From assembly GCF_009914755.1 (NCBI RefSeq), contig NC_060946.1: DNA of 64,000 nt, one strand, 5' to 3'. Source of the DNA: the human T2T-CHM13v2.0 reference genome, Homo sapiens. Positions within the stretch are counted from its first letter, which is position 1, and each line of letters begins with the position of its first letter. Under the pieces are notes generated by a model, which worked only from the letters and a program-made list of their open reading frames with translations, was not told the DNA's origin and did no database searches. The position numbers and the translations under genes were made by a program. Shown piece by piece: positions 31,341 to 46,760 of this stretch.

Positions 31341-34300
31341 CTTTCCATTCCATTCCATCCCATTCCATTCCGCTCCATTCCATTCCATTCAATTCAATTC
31401 CATTCCATTCCACTCCATTCCATTCCACTCTTGTTCATTCCATTCCATTCCACTCCATTCCATTCCACTCTTGTTCATTCCATTCCATTCCATTCCATTC
31501 TATCCCGTTCCTTTCCATTCTATTCCGTTCCTTTCCATTCCCTCACACTCGTGTTCATTCCATTCCGTTCCTTTGCATTCCATTCCATTCATTTCCATTC
31601 CTTTCCATTGAACTCCACTTGGTTGATTCCATTCCATTCCATTCTATTCCATTCCGTTCAATTAAATTCCATTCCATTCCATTCCATTGCATTCCAGTTC
31701 ATTCCATTCGTTTCCATTCCATTCCATTCCCTTCCATTCCATTCCATTCCCTTCCATTCCATTCCGTTCAATTCTATTCCGTTGCATTGGAATCGGGTTG
31801 ATTCCAATCAATTCCATTACATTCCAGTCTTTTCCATTCCATTCCATTCCACTCGGTTTGTTTCCATTACGTTGAATTGCATTCCATTCCATTCCATTCC
31901 ATTCCATTCCATTCCATTCCATTCCATTCCATTGAAATTCATTGCATTTCATTCCACTCGGTTTGTTTCCTTTGCATTCCATTAGTTTCCAATAAATTCC
32001 ATTCCATTCATTCCATTCCATTCCATTCCACTCAGGTTGATTCCATTCCATTCCATTCCATTCGATTCCATTCTAGTTGATTCCATTGCATTCCGTGCTG
32101 TTCCATTCCATTCCACTCCATTCGAATCCATTCCACTTGGGTTGATTCCATTCAATTCCATTCCATTCAATTACCTTCCATTGCATTCCACTCGGGTTGA
32201 TTCCATTCCATTCCATTCCATTGCATTTCCTTCCATTCCATTCCATTCCACTCCATTCCATTCCATTCAATTCAATTCCACTCCATTCCAATCCACTCGT
32301 GTTCATTCCATTCCATTCCATTCTTTCCCGTTCCTTTCCATTCTATTCCGTTTCATTCCACTCCCTTACACTCGTGTTCATTCCATTCCGTTCCGTTCCA
32401 TTCCATTCCATTCATTTCCGTTCCTTTCCATTTCACTCCACTCGGGTTGATTCCATTCCATTCCATTCCATTCCATTCCTTTCCATTAGTTTCTAATCGG
32501 GTTGATTCCAATCCATTACATTATATTCAAGTCCTTTCCATTCCATGCCATTCCACTCGTGTTCTTTCCATTTTGTTGTATTCCATTCCATTCCATTCCA
32601 TTCCATTCCATTCCATTCCATTCCATTGCATTCCATTCCATTGCAATCCATTCCACTGGGGTTGCTTCCATTCCGTTCCATTAGTTTCCATTCCATTCCA
32701 TTCCTTTCCATTCCATTCCATTCCATTCCATACCATTCCATCAAAGTTGATTGCATGTTATTCCATTCCATTCAATTCCATTCCATTCCATTCCATTCCT
32801 TTCCTTTCCACTCGGGTTGATTCCATTCCATTCAATTCCGTTCCGTTCCTTTCCATTCCATTCCATTCCAGTTCATTCCATTGCATTCCACTCGGGTTGA
32901 TTCCATTCCATTCCGTTCCATTCCATTCCATTCCATACCATTCCATTCTATTCCCTTCAGGTTGATTCCTTTCCATTCCATTCCATTGCATACCATTCCA
33001 CCCCATTCCGTTCCATTCCATTCGCGATGATTCCGTTCCATTCCATGCCCTTTTATTCCATTCCATTCCATTCCATTCCCTTCCATACCATTCCACCAAA
33101 GTTGATTGCATGTTATTCCATTCCATTCCATTCCATTCCATTCCATTCCATTCCATTCCATTCCATTCCTTTCCACTCGTGTTGATTTCATTCCATTCAA
33201 TTCTGCTCCGTTCCATTCCGTTGCATTCCATTGTATTTTATTCCATTGCATTCCACTCGTGTTGATTCCATTCCATTCCATTCCATTCCATTGCATTCCA
33301 TTCCATTCCATTCCGTACCCTTCGAGTTGATTCCATTCCATTCCATTCCATTCCATACCATTCCACTCCATTCCGTTCCATTCCATTCGGGTTGATTCTG
33401 TCCCATTCCATGACCTTTTATTCCATTCCATTCCATTCCATTCCATTCCATTCCATTCCATTCCATACCATTCCACCAAAGGTGATTGCATGTTAATCCA
33501 TTCCATTCCATTCCATTCCATTCCATTCCATTCCTTTCCACTCAGGTTGATTCCATTCCTTTTGATTCCGTTCCGTTCTGATCCATTCCATTCGATTCCA
33601 TTCCATTCCGTTTCATTCCATTGCATTCCACTCCGGTTGATTCCATTCCATTCCATTCCATTCCACTGCATTCTATTCCATACCCTTGGGGTTGATTCCT
33701 TTCCAGTCCATTCAATTCAACACCATTCCACTCCATTCCGTTCCATTCCATTCGTGTTAATTCCATTCCATTCCGTTCCATTCCATTCGATTCCATACCA
33801 TTCCACTAGGGTTGATTCCATACCATTCCATTCCATTGCATTCCATTCCATTCCATTCCACTCGGGTTGATTCCATTAAATTCCATTCCATTCCATTCCT
33901 TTCCATTCCATTAGTTTCTAATCGGGTTGATTCCAATCCATTCCATTATATTCAAGTCCTATCCATTCCATGCCATTCCACTCGGGTTGTTTCCATTTTG
34001 TTGTATTCCATTCCATTCCATTCCATTCCATTCCATTCCATTCCATTCCATTCCTTTCCATTGCATTCCATTCCACTCGGGTTGTTTCCATTCCGTTCCA
34101 TTAGTTTCTATTGCATTCCATTCCTTTCCATTCCATTCTATTCCATTCCATTCCATTCCATTCCATTCCATTCCATTCCATTCCTTTCCACTCAGGGTGA
34201 TTCCATTCCATTCCATTCCAATGCATTCCATTCCCGTTGATACCATTGCATTGCATTGTTTCCAGTCCATTCCATTCCATTACACTACATTCCATTCCAG

Positions 34301-37300
34301 TCGGTTTGATTCATTTCCATTCCATTCCATTGCATTCCTCTCGGGTTGATTCCATTCCATTCCATTCCATTGCATTCCATTCCATTCCATTGCATTCATT
34401 TCCATTCCATTCCACTCGTGTTTATTCCCTTCCATTCAATTCCATTCCATTCCATTCCATTCCATTTCATGCCATTCCATTCCATTGCATTCCATTCCAT
34501 TCCATTCCACTCGTGTTGATTCCCTTCCATTCCATTCCATTCCATTCCACTTGAGTTGATTCTATTCCATTCCTTTACATTTCATTCCATACCATTCCAT
34601 TCCATTCCATACCATTCCATTCCATTCCATTCCGTTCCATTCCATTCGTGTTGATTCCATTCCATTCCATTCCACTCCATTCCAATCCATTACATTCCAC
34701 TCGGGTTGAATACATTCCTTTCCATTCTATACCATTCCATTCCTCTCCAATCCATTCCATTCCATTCAATTCCACTTGGATTCAATCTATTTTTTCCATT
34801 CCATTCCGTTCTGTTCCATTCCATTCCATTGCATTAGATACCATTCCATTCCACTCGGGTTGATTCCATTCCGTTACTTTCCATTTTATTCCATTCCATT
34901 CCATTCCATTCCATTCCATTCCATTCCACTCCATTCCATTCCACTGCAATCCATTCCACTCCACTCCGGTTGATGCCATACAATTCCATTCCATTTCATT
35001 CCATTCCATTTCACTCAGGTTGATTCCATTCCATTCCATTCATTTTTATTCCATTCCTTTCCGTTCCATTCCATTCCGTTCCATACCATTCCACTCTGGT
35101 TGATTCCATACCATTCTATTCCATCCCATTCCATGAAATTCTACTCCATTCCATTCCACTCGTGTTGATTCCTTTCCATTCCATTCCATTCGGTTTTTTT
35201 CCATTCCATTCCATTCCATTCCACTCCATTCCATTCCATTCAATTTCACTCGGATGGATTCCATTCCATTCCATTCCAATCCATTCCATTCCATTCCATT
35301 CCTTTCCATTCGGGTTCATTCCATTCCATTCCATTCCATTTCATTCCTTTCCATTCGGGTTCATTCCATTCCATTCCATTCCATTCCATTGCATTCCGTT
35401 CCATTCCATTCCAATCCATTCCATTCCATTCCACTCGGGTTGATTCCATTTCGTTCCTTTCCATTCCATTCCATTCCATTCCATTCCATTCCATTCCATT
35501 CCATTCCGTTCCATTCAATTCGTGTTGATTCCATTCCATTCCACTCCAATACATTCCATTCCATTCCTTTCCACTCGAGTTGATTCCATTTCTTTCCTTT
35601 CCATTCCATTCCATTCCGTTCCATTCAATTCGTGTTGATTCCATTCCATTCCGCTAAAATCCATTCCATTCCATTCCAATCCATTGCATTCCATTCAATT
35701 CCACTCGCATTCAATCTATTCCATTGAATTTCATTCCGTTTTGTTCCATTCCATTCCACTGCATTCCATACCTGTCCATTCCACTCAGGATGATTCCGTT
35801 CCATTCCATTATATTCGGTTCCATTCCATTCCATTCCATTCCATTCAATTCCACTCTGGTTGATTCCATTCCATTCCATTGCGTTCCATTCCATTCCACT
35901 CGGGTTGTTTCCATTTCATTCCTTTCCATTTCATTCTATTCCATTCCATTCCATTCCATTCTATTCCATTCCATTCCACTCCTTTCCATTCCATTCCTCT
36001 CCGGTTATTCCATTCCATTCCATTCCATTCCATTCCATTCCATTCCATTCCATTCGGTTTGTTTCCATTCCATTCCATTCCATTTTATTCCATTCCATTC
36101 CATTCCATTCCATTCCATTACATACCATTCCACTCGGGTTGATTCCATACCATTCTATTCCATTCCATTTCATTAAATTCCATTCCATTCTATTCCACTC
36201 GGTTAGATTCCATTCCATTCCATTCCATTCCATTCCATTAGTTTTTAATTGGGTTGATTTCAATCCATTCCATTATATTCCAGTCCTTTCCATTCCATGC
36301 CATTCCACTCGAGTTCTTTCCATTTTGTTGTATTCCATTCCATTCCATTCCATTCCATTCCATTCCATTCCATTGCATTCCTTTGCATTCCATTCCACAT
36401 GGGTTTTTTCCATTCCGTTCCATTAGTTTCCATTCCATTCCATTCCTTTCCATTCGATTCCATTCCAATCCATTCCATTCCATTCCATTTCTTTCCACTC
36501 AGGGAGATTCCATTCCATTCCATTCCAATGCATTCCATTCCAGTTGATGCCATTGCATTGCATTGTTTCCTTTTGATTCCATTCCATTCCATTCCATTCC
36601 ATTCCATACCATTCCATTCCATTCCATACCATTCCATCAAAGTTGAGTGCATGCTATTCCATTCCATTCCATTCCTTTCAATTCAATTCCATTCCTTTCC
36701 ACTTGGGTTGATACCATTCCATTCAATTCCGTTCCGTCCCGTCCCGTTTCGTTCCATTCCATTCCATTCCATTTCATTCCATTGCATTCCACTCAGGTTG
36801 ATTCCATTCCATTCCATTCCATTGCATTCCATTCCATACCCTTTGGGTTGATTCCATTCCATTCGATTCCATTCCGTACCATTCCACTGCATTCCATTCC
36901 ATTCCATTCGGGTTGATTCCGTTCCATTCCAGGCCCTTTTATTCCATTCCATCCCATTCCATTCCATTCCATACCATTAAACCTAAATTGATTGCATGTT
37001 ATTGCATTCCATTCAATTCTATTCCATTCCGTTCCATTCCATTCCATTCCGTTCCATTCCTTTCACTTGGTTTTATTCCACTCCATTCCATTCCATTCCA
37101 TTCCATTCCTTTCCACTCCATTCCATTCCACTCCACTCCGGTTGATTCCATTAAATTCCATTCCATTTCATTCCATTCCGTTTCACTCGAGTTGATTCCA
37201 TTCCATTCCATTCCATTTTATTCCATTCCATTCTGTTCCATTCCTTTCCATTCCATACCTTTCCACTCCGGTTGATTCCATGCCATTCCATTCCATGAAA

Positions 37301-40300
37301 TTCCATTCCATTCCACTAAACTCGTGTTGATTCCTTTCCATTCCATTCCACTTCATTCCATTCGTGTTCATTCCATTCCGTTCCGTTCCATTCCATTCCA
37401 TTCATTTCCATTCCTTTCCATTGCACTCCACTGGGGTTGATTCCATTCCATTCCATTCTATTTCATTCCGTTCAAATAAATTCCATTCCATTCTATTCCA
37501 TTGCATTCCAGTTCATTCCATTCCTTTCCATTCTATTCCATTCCCTTCCATTCCATTCCATTCCCTTCCATTCCATTCCATTCAATTCTATTCCGTTGCA
37601 TTGGGATCTGGTTGATTCCAATCCATTCCATTACATTCCAGTCTTTTCCATTCCATTCCATTCCACTCGGTTTGTTTCCATTACGTTGAATTGTATTCCA
37701 TTCCATTCCATTCCATTCCATTCCATTCCATTGAAATTCATTGCATTTCATTCCACTCGGTTTGTTTCCTTTCCATTCCATTAGTTTCCAATAAATTCCA
37801 TTCCTTTCATTCCATTCCATTCCATTCCACTCAGGTTGATTCCGTTCCATTCCATTCCATTCCATTCCATTCTAGTTGATTCCATTGCATTCCGTGCTGT
37901 TCCATTCCATTCCACTCCATTCGAATCCATTCCACATGGGTTGATTCCATTCCATTCCATTCCATTCAATTACCTTCCATTGCGTTCCACTCGGGTTGAT
38001 TCCATTCCATTCCATTGCATTCCATTCCATTCCATTGCATTGCATTTCCTTCCATTCCAGTTGATTCCATTCCATTCCATTCCATTCCATTCCATTCCAT
38101 TCCATTCCATTCTATTCCACTAGGGTTAATTTCATTCGATTCCATTCCATTCCTGTTTTCCCTTCCATTCCATTCCATTCCATTCCACTCGGGTTGACTA
38201 CATTCCATGCCATTGCATTCCATTGCATTCCATTCGTTTCTATTACATTCCATTATTTTCTATTCCATTCCTTTCCACTCGAGTTGATTCCATTCCATTC
38301 TATTCCATTCCATTCTATTCCATTCCGTACCGATCCATTCCATTCCATTCCATTCCATTTCAATCGGGTTGATTCCATTCCATTCAATTCTATTCCATTC
38401 CATTCCATTCCATTCCACTCGGATGATTCCATTCCTTTCCATTCCATTCCATTTAAATTCATTGCATTGCTTTCCAGTTGAATCCATTGGATTCAATTCC
38501 GTTCCATTCCATTCCATTCCACTCGAGTTGATTCCACTCCGTTACATTGGATTACATTCCACTTCATTCCTATCAGGTGGATTCCATTCCATTCCATTCC
38601 ATTCCATTCCTCTCCGGTTGATTCCATTCCGTTCCTTGCCATTCCATTCCATTCCATTCCATTCCATTCCGTTCCATTCCATTCGTGATGATTCTATTCC
38701 ATTCCACTGCAATCCATTCCATTCCATTCCAATCCATTCCATTCCATTCAAATCCACTCGCATTCAATCTATTCCATTGCATTTCATTCCGTTCTGTTCC
38801 ATTCCATTCCATTGCATTCCATACCATTCCATTCCACTCGGGATGATTCCATTGCATTCCATTATATTCCATTCCATTCCATTCCATTCCAATCCATTCC
38901 ATTCCACTCGGGTTGATTCCATTCCATTCCATTCCATTCCATTCCATTCCATTCCATTCCATTCCTTTCCATTCCATTCCATTCCATTCCACTCGTGTTG
39001 TTTCCATTCCATTCCTTTCCATTTCATTCTATTCCATTCCATTCCATTCCATTCCATTCCATTCTATTCCATTCCATTCCACTCCATTCCATTCCATTCC
39101 TCTCCGGTTATTCCATTCAATTCCGTTCCATTCCACTCGGTTTTTTTTCCATTCCATTGCATTCCATTTTATTCCATTCCATTCCATTCCATTCCATTCC
39201 ATTAAATTCCATTCTATTCCGTTCCACTCGGGTAGATTCCATTCCATTCCATTCCATTCCATTCCATTCCATTCCATTCCATTAGTTTCTAATGTGGTTG
39301 ATTCCAATCCATTCCATTATATTTAAGTCCTTTCCATTCCATGCCATTCCACTCGAGTTCTTTCCATTTTGTTGGATTCCATTCCATTCCATTCCATTCC
39401 ATTCCATTCCATTCCTTTCCATTCCATTCCATCCCATTGCATACCATTCCATCAAATTTCATTGCATGTTATTCCATTCCATTCCATTCCATTCCATTCC
39501 ATTCCATTCCATTCCACTCCATTCCTTTCCACTCGGGTTGATTCTATTCCATTCAATTCCGTTCCTTTCCGTTCCATTCCATTCAATTCCATTTCATTCC
39601 ATTGCATTCCACTCGGGTTTATTCCATTCCATTCCATTCCATTCCATTCCATTCCATTCCATTCCTTTCGGGTTGATTCCTTTCCATTCCATTCCATTCC
39701 ATACCATTTCACTCCATTCCGTTCCATTCCATTCGGGTTGATTCCGTTCCATTCCATGCCCTTTTATTCCTTTCCATTCCATTCCATTCCCTTCCATACC
39801 ATTCCACCAATGTTGATTGCATGTTATTCCATTCCATTCCATTCCATTCCATTCCATTCCATTCCATTGCATTCCGTTCCATTCTACTCGGGTTGATTTC
39901 ATTCCACTCATTTCCATTCCGTGCCATTCCGATCCATTCCATTCCATTTCATTCCTGTGCTTTCCACTCGTGTTGATTCCATTCCATTCCATTCCATTCC
40001 ATACCCTTCGAGTTGATTCCTTTCCATTCCATTCCATTCCATACCATTCCACTCCATTCCGTTCCATTCCATTCGGGTTGATTCCGTTCCATTCCATGAC
40101 CTTTTATTCCATTTCATTCCGTTCCATTCCATTCCATTCCTTTCCATTCCATACCATTCCACCAAAGTTGATTGCATGTTATTCTATTTCATTCCCTTCC
40201 ATTCCATTCCATTACATTCCTTTCCACTCGGGTTGATTCCATTCCTTTCAATTCCGTTCCATTCCGCTCCGTTCCATTCCATTCCATTCCATTACATTCC

Positions 40301-43300
40301 ATGGCATTCCACTCGGGTTGATTCCATTCCATTCCATTCCATTCTATTCCATACACTTCGGGTTGATTCCTTTCCATTCCATTCCATTCCATACCATTCC
40401 ACTCCATTCCGTTCCATTCCATTCGTGTTGATTCCATTCCGTTCCATTCCATTCCATTCCATTCCATACCATTCCACTATGGTTTATTCCATACCATTCC
40501 ATTCCATTGCATTCCATTCCATTCCATTCCACTCGGGTTGATTCCATTCCATTCCATTCCATTCCATTCCATTCCTTTCCTTTCCACTCGGGTTGATTTT
40601 ATTCCATTCAATTCCGTTCCGTTCCATTCCATTCCATTCCATTCCATTTCATTCCATTGCATTCCACTCGTGTTGACTCCATTCCATTCCATTCCATTGC
40701 ATTCCATTCCATTCCATTCCATACCCTTCGAGTTGATTCCTTTCCATTCCATTCCATTCCACACCATTCCAATCCATTCCGTTCCATTCCATTCGGGTTG
40801 ATTCCGTTCCATTCCATGACCTTTTATTCCATTCCATTCCATTCTATTCCATACCATTCGGGGTGATTCCTTTCCATTCCATTCCATTCCATTCCATACC
40901 ATTCCACTCCATTCCGTTCCATTCCATTCGGGTTAAGTCCATTCCGTTCCATTCCGTTCCATTCCATTCCATACCATTCCACTAGGGTTGATTCCATACC
41001 ATTCCATTCCATTGCATTCCATTCCATTCCATTCCACTCGGGTTGATTCCATTCCGTTCCATTCCATTCCACTGCATTCCATTACATTCCATTCCACTCC
41101 AGTTAATTCCGTTCCATTCCATTCCAATCCATTCCATTCCATTGGGGTCCATTCCATTCCATTCCTTTCCATTCTGTTCCGTTCCGATCCATTCCATTCA
41201 ATTCCATTCCATTCCATTCCATTCCATTCATTCCTTTCCATTCCATTCCATTCCACTCGGGTTGATTCCATTCCATTCCATTCCATACCATTCCATTCCA
41301 TTAAATTCCATTCCATTCCATTCCACTCGGGTAGATTCCATTCCATTCCATTCCATTGCATTCCATTCCATTCCAATGCTTTCCATTAGTTTCTAATCGG
41401 GTTGATTCCAATCCATTCCATTATATTCAAGTCCTTTCCATTCCATGCCATTCCACTCGGGTTGTTTCCATTATGTTGTATTCCATTCCATTCCATTCCA
41501 TTCCGTTGCATTCCCTTCCATTCCATTCCATTCCATTCCATTCCATTGCATTCCATTCCACTCAGGTTGTTTCCTTTCAGTTGCATTAGTTTCCATTCCA
41601 TTCCATTCCTTTCCATTCCATTCCACTCAGGGTGATTCCATTCCTTTCCATTCAAATTCTTTCCATTCCTGTTGATACCATTGCATTGCATTGTTTCCAT
41701 TCCATTCCATTCCATTCCATTCCATTCCACTCGGTTTTATTCATTTCCATTCCATTCCATTCCATTCCATTCCATTCCATTCCATTGCATTCCATTGCAT
41801 TCCATTCCACTCGGGTTGTTTCCTTTCCGTTCCATTAGTTTCCATTCCATTCCATTCCTTTCCATTCCATTCCATTCAGGGTGATTCCATTCCTTTCCAT
41901 TCCAATTCATTCCATTCCAGTTGATACCATTGCATTGCATTGTTTCCATTCCATTCCATTCCATTCCATTCCACTCGGTTTTATTCATTTCCATTCCATT
42001 CCATTCCATTCCATTCCATTCCATTCCATGCCATTCATCTCGGGTTGATTCCATTCCATTTCATTGCCTTTTATTCCGTTCCATTCCATTCCATTCCATT
42101 CCATACCATTCCACCAAAGTTGATTGCATGCTATTCCATTCCATTCCATTCCATTCCATTCCATTCCATTCCATTCCTTTCCACTTGGGTTGATTCCATT
42201 CCATTCAGTTCTGTTCTGTTCCGTTCCGTTCCGTTCCATTCCATTCATTCCATTCCATTCCATTTCATTCCATTGCATTCCACTCGGGTTGATTCCATTC
42301 CATTCCATTCCATTCCATTCCATTCCATTCCATTCCATACCCTTCTGGTTGATTCCTTTCCATTCCATTCCATTCCATACCATTCCACTCCATTCCATTC
42401 CATTCCATTCCGTTCTGGTTGATTCCATTCTGTTGAATTTCTTTCCATTCCAATCCATTGCATTCCATTCCATTCCATTCCATTCCATTCCATTCCATTC
42501 CATTCCATTCCACTCGAGTTAATTCCATTCCTTTGAATTCCATTGCTTTCCATTCCATTCCATTCCATTCCTTTTCATTCTATTACACTCGGGTTGTTTC
42601 CATTCCATTCATTTCTTTTCCATTCCATTCCATTCCATTCTTTTCCATTCCACTAATGTTGATTCCATTCTTTCCTTTCCATTCCATTCCATTCCATTCC
42701 AGTTGATTCCATTGCATTCCATTCCATTCCATTCCGTTCTATTCCTTTCCGTTCCACTCAGGTTGATTCCATTCCATTCCATTCCATTCCATTCAATTCC
42801 ATTCCATTCCATTCCATTGCACTCGGGTTGATGCCATTCCATTCCAATCCATTTTATTCCTTTCCATTCCATTCCATTCCATACCATTCCACTGGAGTGG
42901 ATTCCATAACATTCCATTCCATTGCATTCCGTTCTTTTCCATTCCATTCCATTCCACTCGTGTTGTTTCCATTCCATTCCTTTCTATTCCATTCCATTCC
43001 ATTCCTTTCCATTTGGGTTGATTCCGTTCCATTCCATTCCATTTCATTCCATTCCATTCCATTCCATTACACTCCATTCCATTCCATTCCACTCCATTCC
43101 ATTCCATTCAATTGAATTCCACTCCATTCCAATCCACTCGTGTTCATTGCATTCCATTCCATTCCTTCCTGTTCCTTTCCATTCTACTCCGTTCCATTCC
43201 ACTGCCTTACACTCGTGTTCATTCCATTCCGTTCCGGTCCATTCCATTCCATTCATTTCCATTCCTTTCCATTGCACTCCACTCGGGTTGATTCCATTCC

Positions 43301-46300
43301 ATTCTATTCCATTCCATTCAATTAAATTCCATTCCATTCCATTCCATTCCATTGCATTCCAGTTCATTCCATTCCTTTCCATTCTATTCCATTCCCTTCG
43401 ATTCCATTCCATTCCCTTCCATTCCATTCCATTCAATTCTATTCCGTTGCATTGGAATCGGGTTGATTCCAATCCATTCCATTACATTCCAGTCTTTTCC
43501 ATTCCATTCCATTCCACTCGGTTTGTTTCCATTACATTGAATTGTATTCCATTCCAATCCATTCCATTGAAATTCATTGCATTTCATTCCACTCGGTTTG
43601 TTTCCTTTCCATTCCATTAGTTTCCAATAAATTCCATTCCTTTCATTCCATTCCATTCCATTCCACTCAGGTTGATTCCGTTCCATTCCATTCCATTCCA
43701 TTCCATTCCATTCTATTTGATTCCATTGCATTCCGTGCTGTTCCATTCCATTCCACTCCATTCGAATCCATTCCACTTGGGTTGATTCCATTCCATTCCA
43801 TTCCATTCAATTACCTTCCATTGCGTTCCACTCGGGTTGATTCCATTCCATTCCATTGCATTCCATTCCATTCCATTGCATTGCATTTCCTTCCATTCCA
43901 GTTGATTCCATTCCATTACATTCCATTCCATTCCATTCTTTTCCACTAGGGTTAATTTCATTCGATTCCATTCCATTCCTGTTTTCCCTTCCATTCCATT
44001 CCATTCCATTCCCCTCGGGTTTACTACATTCCATGCCATTGCATTCCATTGCATTCCATTCGTTTCTATTACATTCCATTCTTTTCTATTCCATTCCTTT
44101 CCACTCGGTTGATTCCATTCCATTCTATTCCATTCCATTCTATTCCATTCCGTACCGATCCATTCCATTCCATTCCATTTCAATCGGGTTGATTCCATTC
44201 CATTCAATTCTATTCCATTCCATTCCACTCGGATGATTCCATTCCATTCCATTCCATTCCATTTAAATTCATTGCATTGCTTTCCAGTTGAATCCATTGG
44301 ATTCGATTCCGTTCCATTCCACTCCATTCCACTCGAGTTGATTCCACTCCGTTCCATTGGATTACATTCCACTTCATTCCTATCAGGTGGATTCCATTCC
44401 ATTCCATTCCATTCCACTCCGGTTGATTCCATTCCGTTCCTTTCCATTCCATTCCATTCCATTCCATTCCATTCCATTCCATTCCGTTCCATTCCATTCG
44501 TGTTGATTCCATTCCATTCCACTCCAATCCATTCCATTCCATTCCATTCCATTCCGTTCCGTTCCAATCCATTCCATTCCATTCCATTCCATTCCATTCC
44601 ATTCCATTCATTCTTTTCCATTCCATTCCATTCCACTCGGGTTGATTCCATTCCATTCCATTCCATTCCATTCCATTCCATTCCATTAAATTCCATTCCA
44701 TTCCATTCCACTCGGGTAGATTCCATTCCATTCCATTCCATTCCATTCCATTCCATTCCATTCCATTCCATTCCATTCCATTCCACTCCTTTCCATTAGT
44801 TTCTAATCGGGTTGATTCCAATCCATTCCAATATATACATGTCCTTTCCATTCCATGCCATTCCACTCGGGTTGTTTCCATTTTGTTGTATTCCATTCCA
44901 TTCCTTTCAATTCCATTTCATTCCATTCCATTCCGTTCCATTCCATTCCATTCCATTCCATTCCATTGCATTCCACTCGGGTTGTTTCCATTCCATTCCA
45001 TTAGTTTCCATTCCGTTCCATTCCTTTCCATTCCATTCCACTCAGGGTGATTCCATTCCTTTCCATTCCAATTCTTTCCATTCCATTTGATACCATTGCA
45101 TTGCATTGTTTTCATTCCATTCCATTCCATTCCATTCCATTCCATTCCATTCCACTCGGTTTTATTCATTTCCATTCCATTCCATTCCATTCCATCCCAT
45201 TCATCTCGGGTTGATTCCATTCCATTCCATTCCCTTTTATTCCATTCCATTCCATTCCATAACATTCCACCAAAGTTGATTGCATGCTATTCGATTCCAT
45301 TGCATTGCATTCCATTCCATTCCATTCCGTTCCTTTCCACTTGGGTTGATTCCATTCCATTCAGTTCCGTTCTGTTCCTTTCCGTTCCTTTCCATTCCAT
45401 TCCATTTCATTCCATTGCATTCCACTCGGGTTGATTCCATTCCATTCCATTCCATTCCATTCCATTCCATTCCGTTCATTTCCACTTGGGTTGATTCCAT
45501 TCCATTCAATTCTGTTCCGTTCCATTCCGTTCTGTTCCATTCCATTCCATTCCATTCCATTTCTTTCCATTGCATTCCACTCGGGTTGATTCCATTCCAT
45601 TCCATTCCATTCCATTCCATTCCATTCCATTCCATACCCTTCGGGTTGATTCCTTTCCATTCCATTGCATTCCATACCATTCCACTCCATTCCATTCCAT
45701 TCCATGCTGGTTGATTCCATTCCGTTGAATTTCTTTCCATTCCAATCCATTCCATTCCATTCCATTCCATTGCTTTCCATTCCATTCCATTCCATTAATT
45801 TTCTTTATATTACACTCGGGTTGTTTCCATTCCATTCATTTCTTTTCCATTCCATTCCATTCCTTTCCATTCCACTCATGTTGATTCCATTCTTTCCATT
45901 CCATTGCATTCCATTCCATTCCATTCCATTCCAGTTGATTCCATTGCATTGCATTGCATTCCATTCCATTCCATTCTATCCTTTCCATTCCACTCTGGTT
46001 GATTCCATTCAATTCCATTCCGTTCCATTCCATTCCGTTCCACTCGGGTTGATTCCATTCCATTCCATTCCATTCCATTCCATTCCATTCCATTTCACTC
46101 AGGTTGATGCCATTCCATTCTGATCCATTTTATTCCTTTCCATTCCATTCCATTCCACTCGGGTGGATTCCATAACATTCCATTCCATTCCATTCCATTC
46201 CTTTCCATTCCATTCCATTCCACTCGTGTTGATTCCATTCCATTCCTTTCCATTCCATTCCATTCCATTCCATTCGGGTTGAGTCCGTTCCATTCCATTC

Positions 46301-46760
46301 CATTTCATTCCATTCCATTCCATTCCATTCCACTCCATTCCATTCCATTACACTCCATTCCATTCCATTCCACTACATTCCATTCCATTCCATTCCATTC
46401 CACTCCATTCCATTCCATTCCATTCCACCCAGATTGATTCCATTCTTTTCCATTGCATTCCATTCCATTCCATTCCAGTTGATTCCAATGCCTTCCATTC
46501 CATTCCATTCCATTGCATTCCATTCCACTCCATTCCACTCTGGTTGATTCCATTCCATTCCATTCCATTCCATTCCATTCCATTCCATTCCACTCGGGTT
46601 CATTCCATTCCATTCCTTTCCATTCCATTTCACTCGGGTTGATTCCATTCCATTCCGATCCATTTTATTCCATTCCATTCCATTCCATACCTTCCCATTC
46701 CACACGGATTAATTCCATTCCATCCCATTCCATTCCATTCCATTCCATTCAGGTTGATTC
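31341..46760 (+). repeat. ~15.4-kb higher-order repeat, copy 3 (15,420 bp)
   Basis: Colinear with copies 1 and 2 (ORFs 1528/32447, 3318/34237, 6009/36913, 9548/40477, 14952/45836). Confidence 0.93.
31400..31485 (+). repeat. 40-bp tandem duplication private to HOR copy 3
   Basis: CACTCTTGTTCATTC occurs at ~31426 and ~31466, but only once at ~552, ~15962 and ~46846. Confidence 0.88.

Noticed and set aside
1063-40000. Possible 30.9-kb dimeric super-repeat (constant 30,919 offset and shared variants between copies 1 and 3 over ~1-5 kb)
   Set aside because: In the ~10-15 kb part of the unit, copies 2 and 3 share variants against copy 1, and every copy has private changes. Three copies cannot establish alternation.
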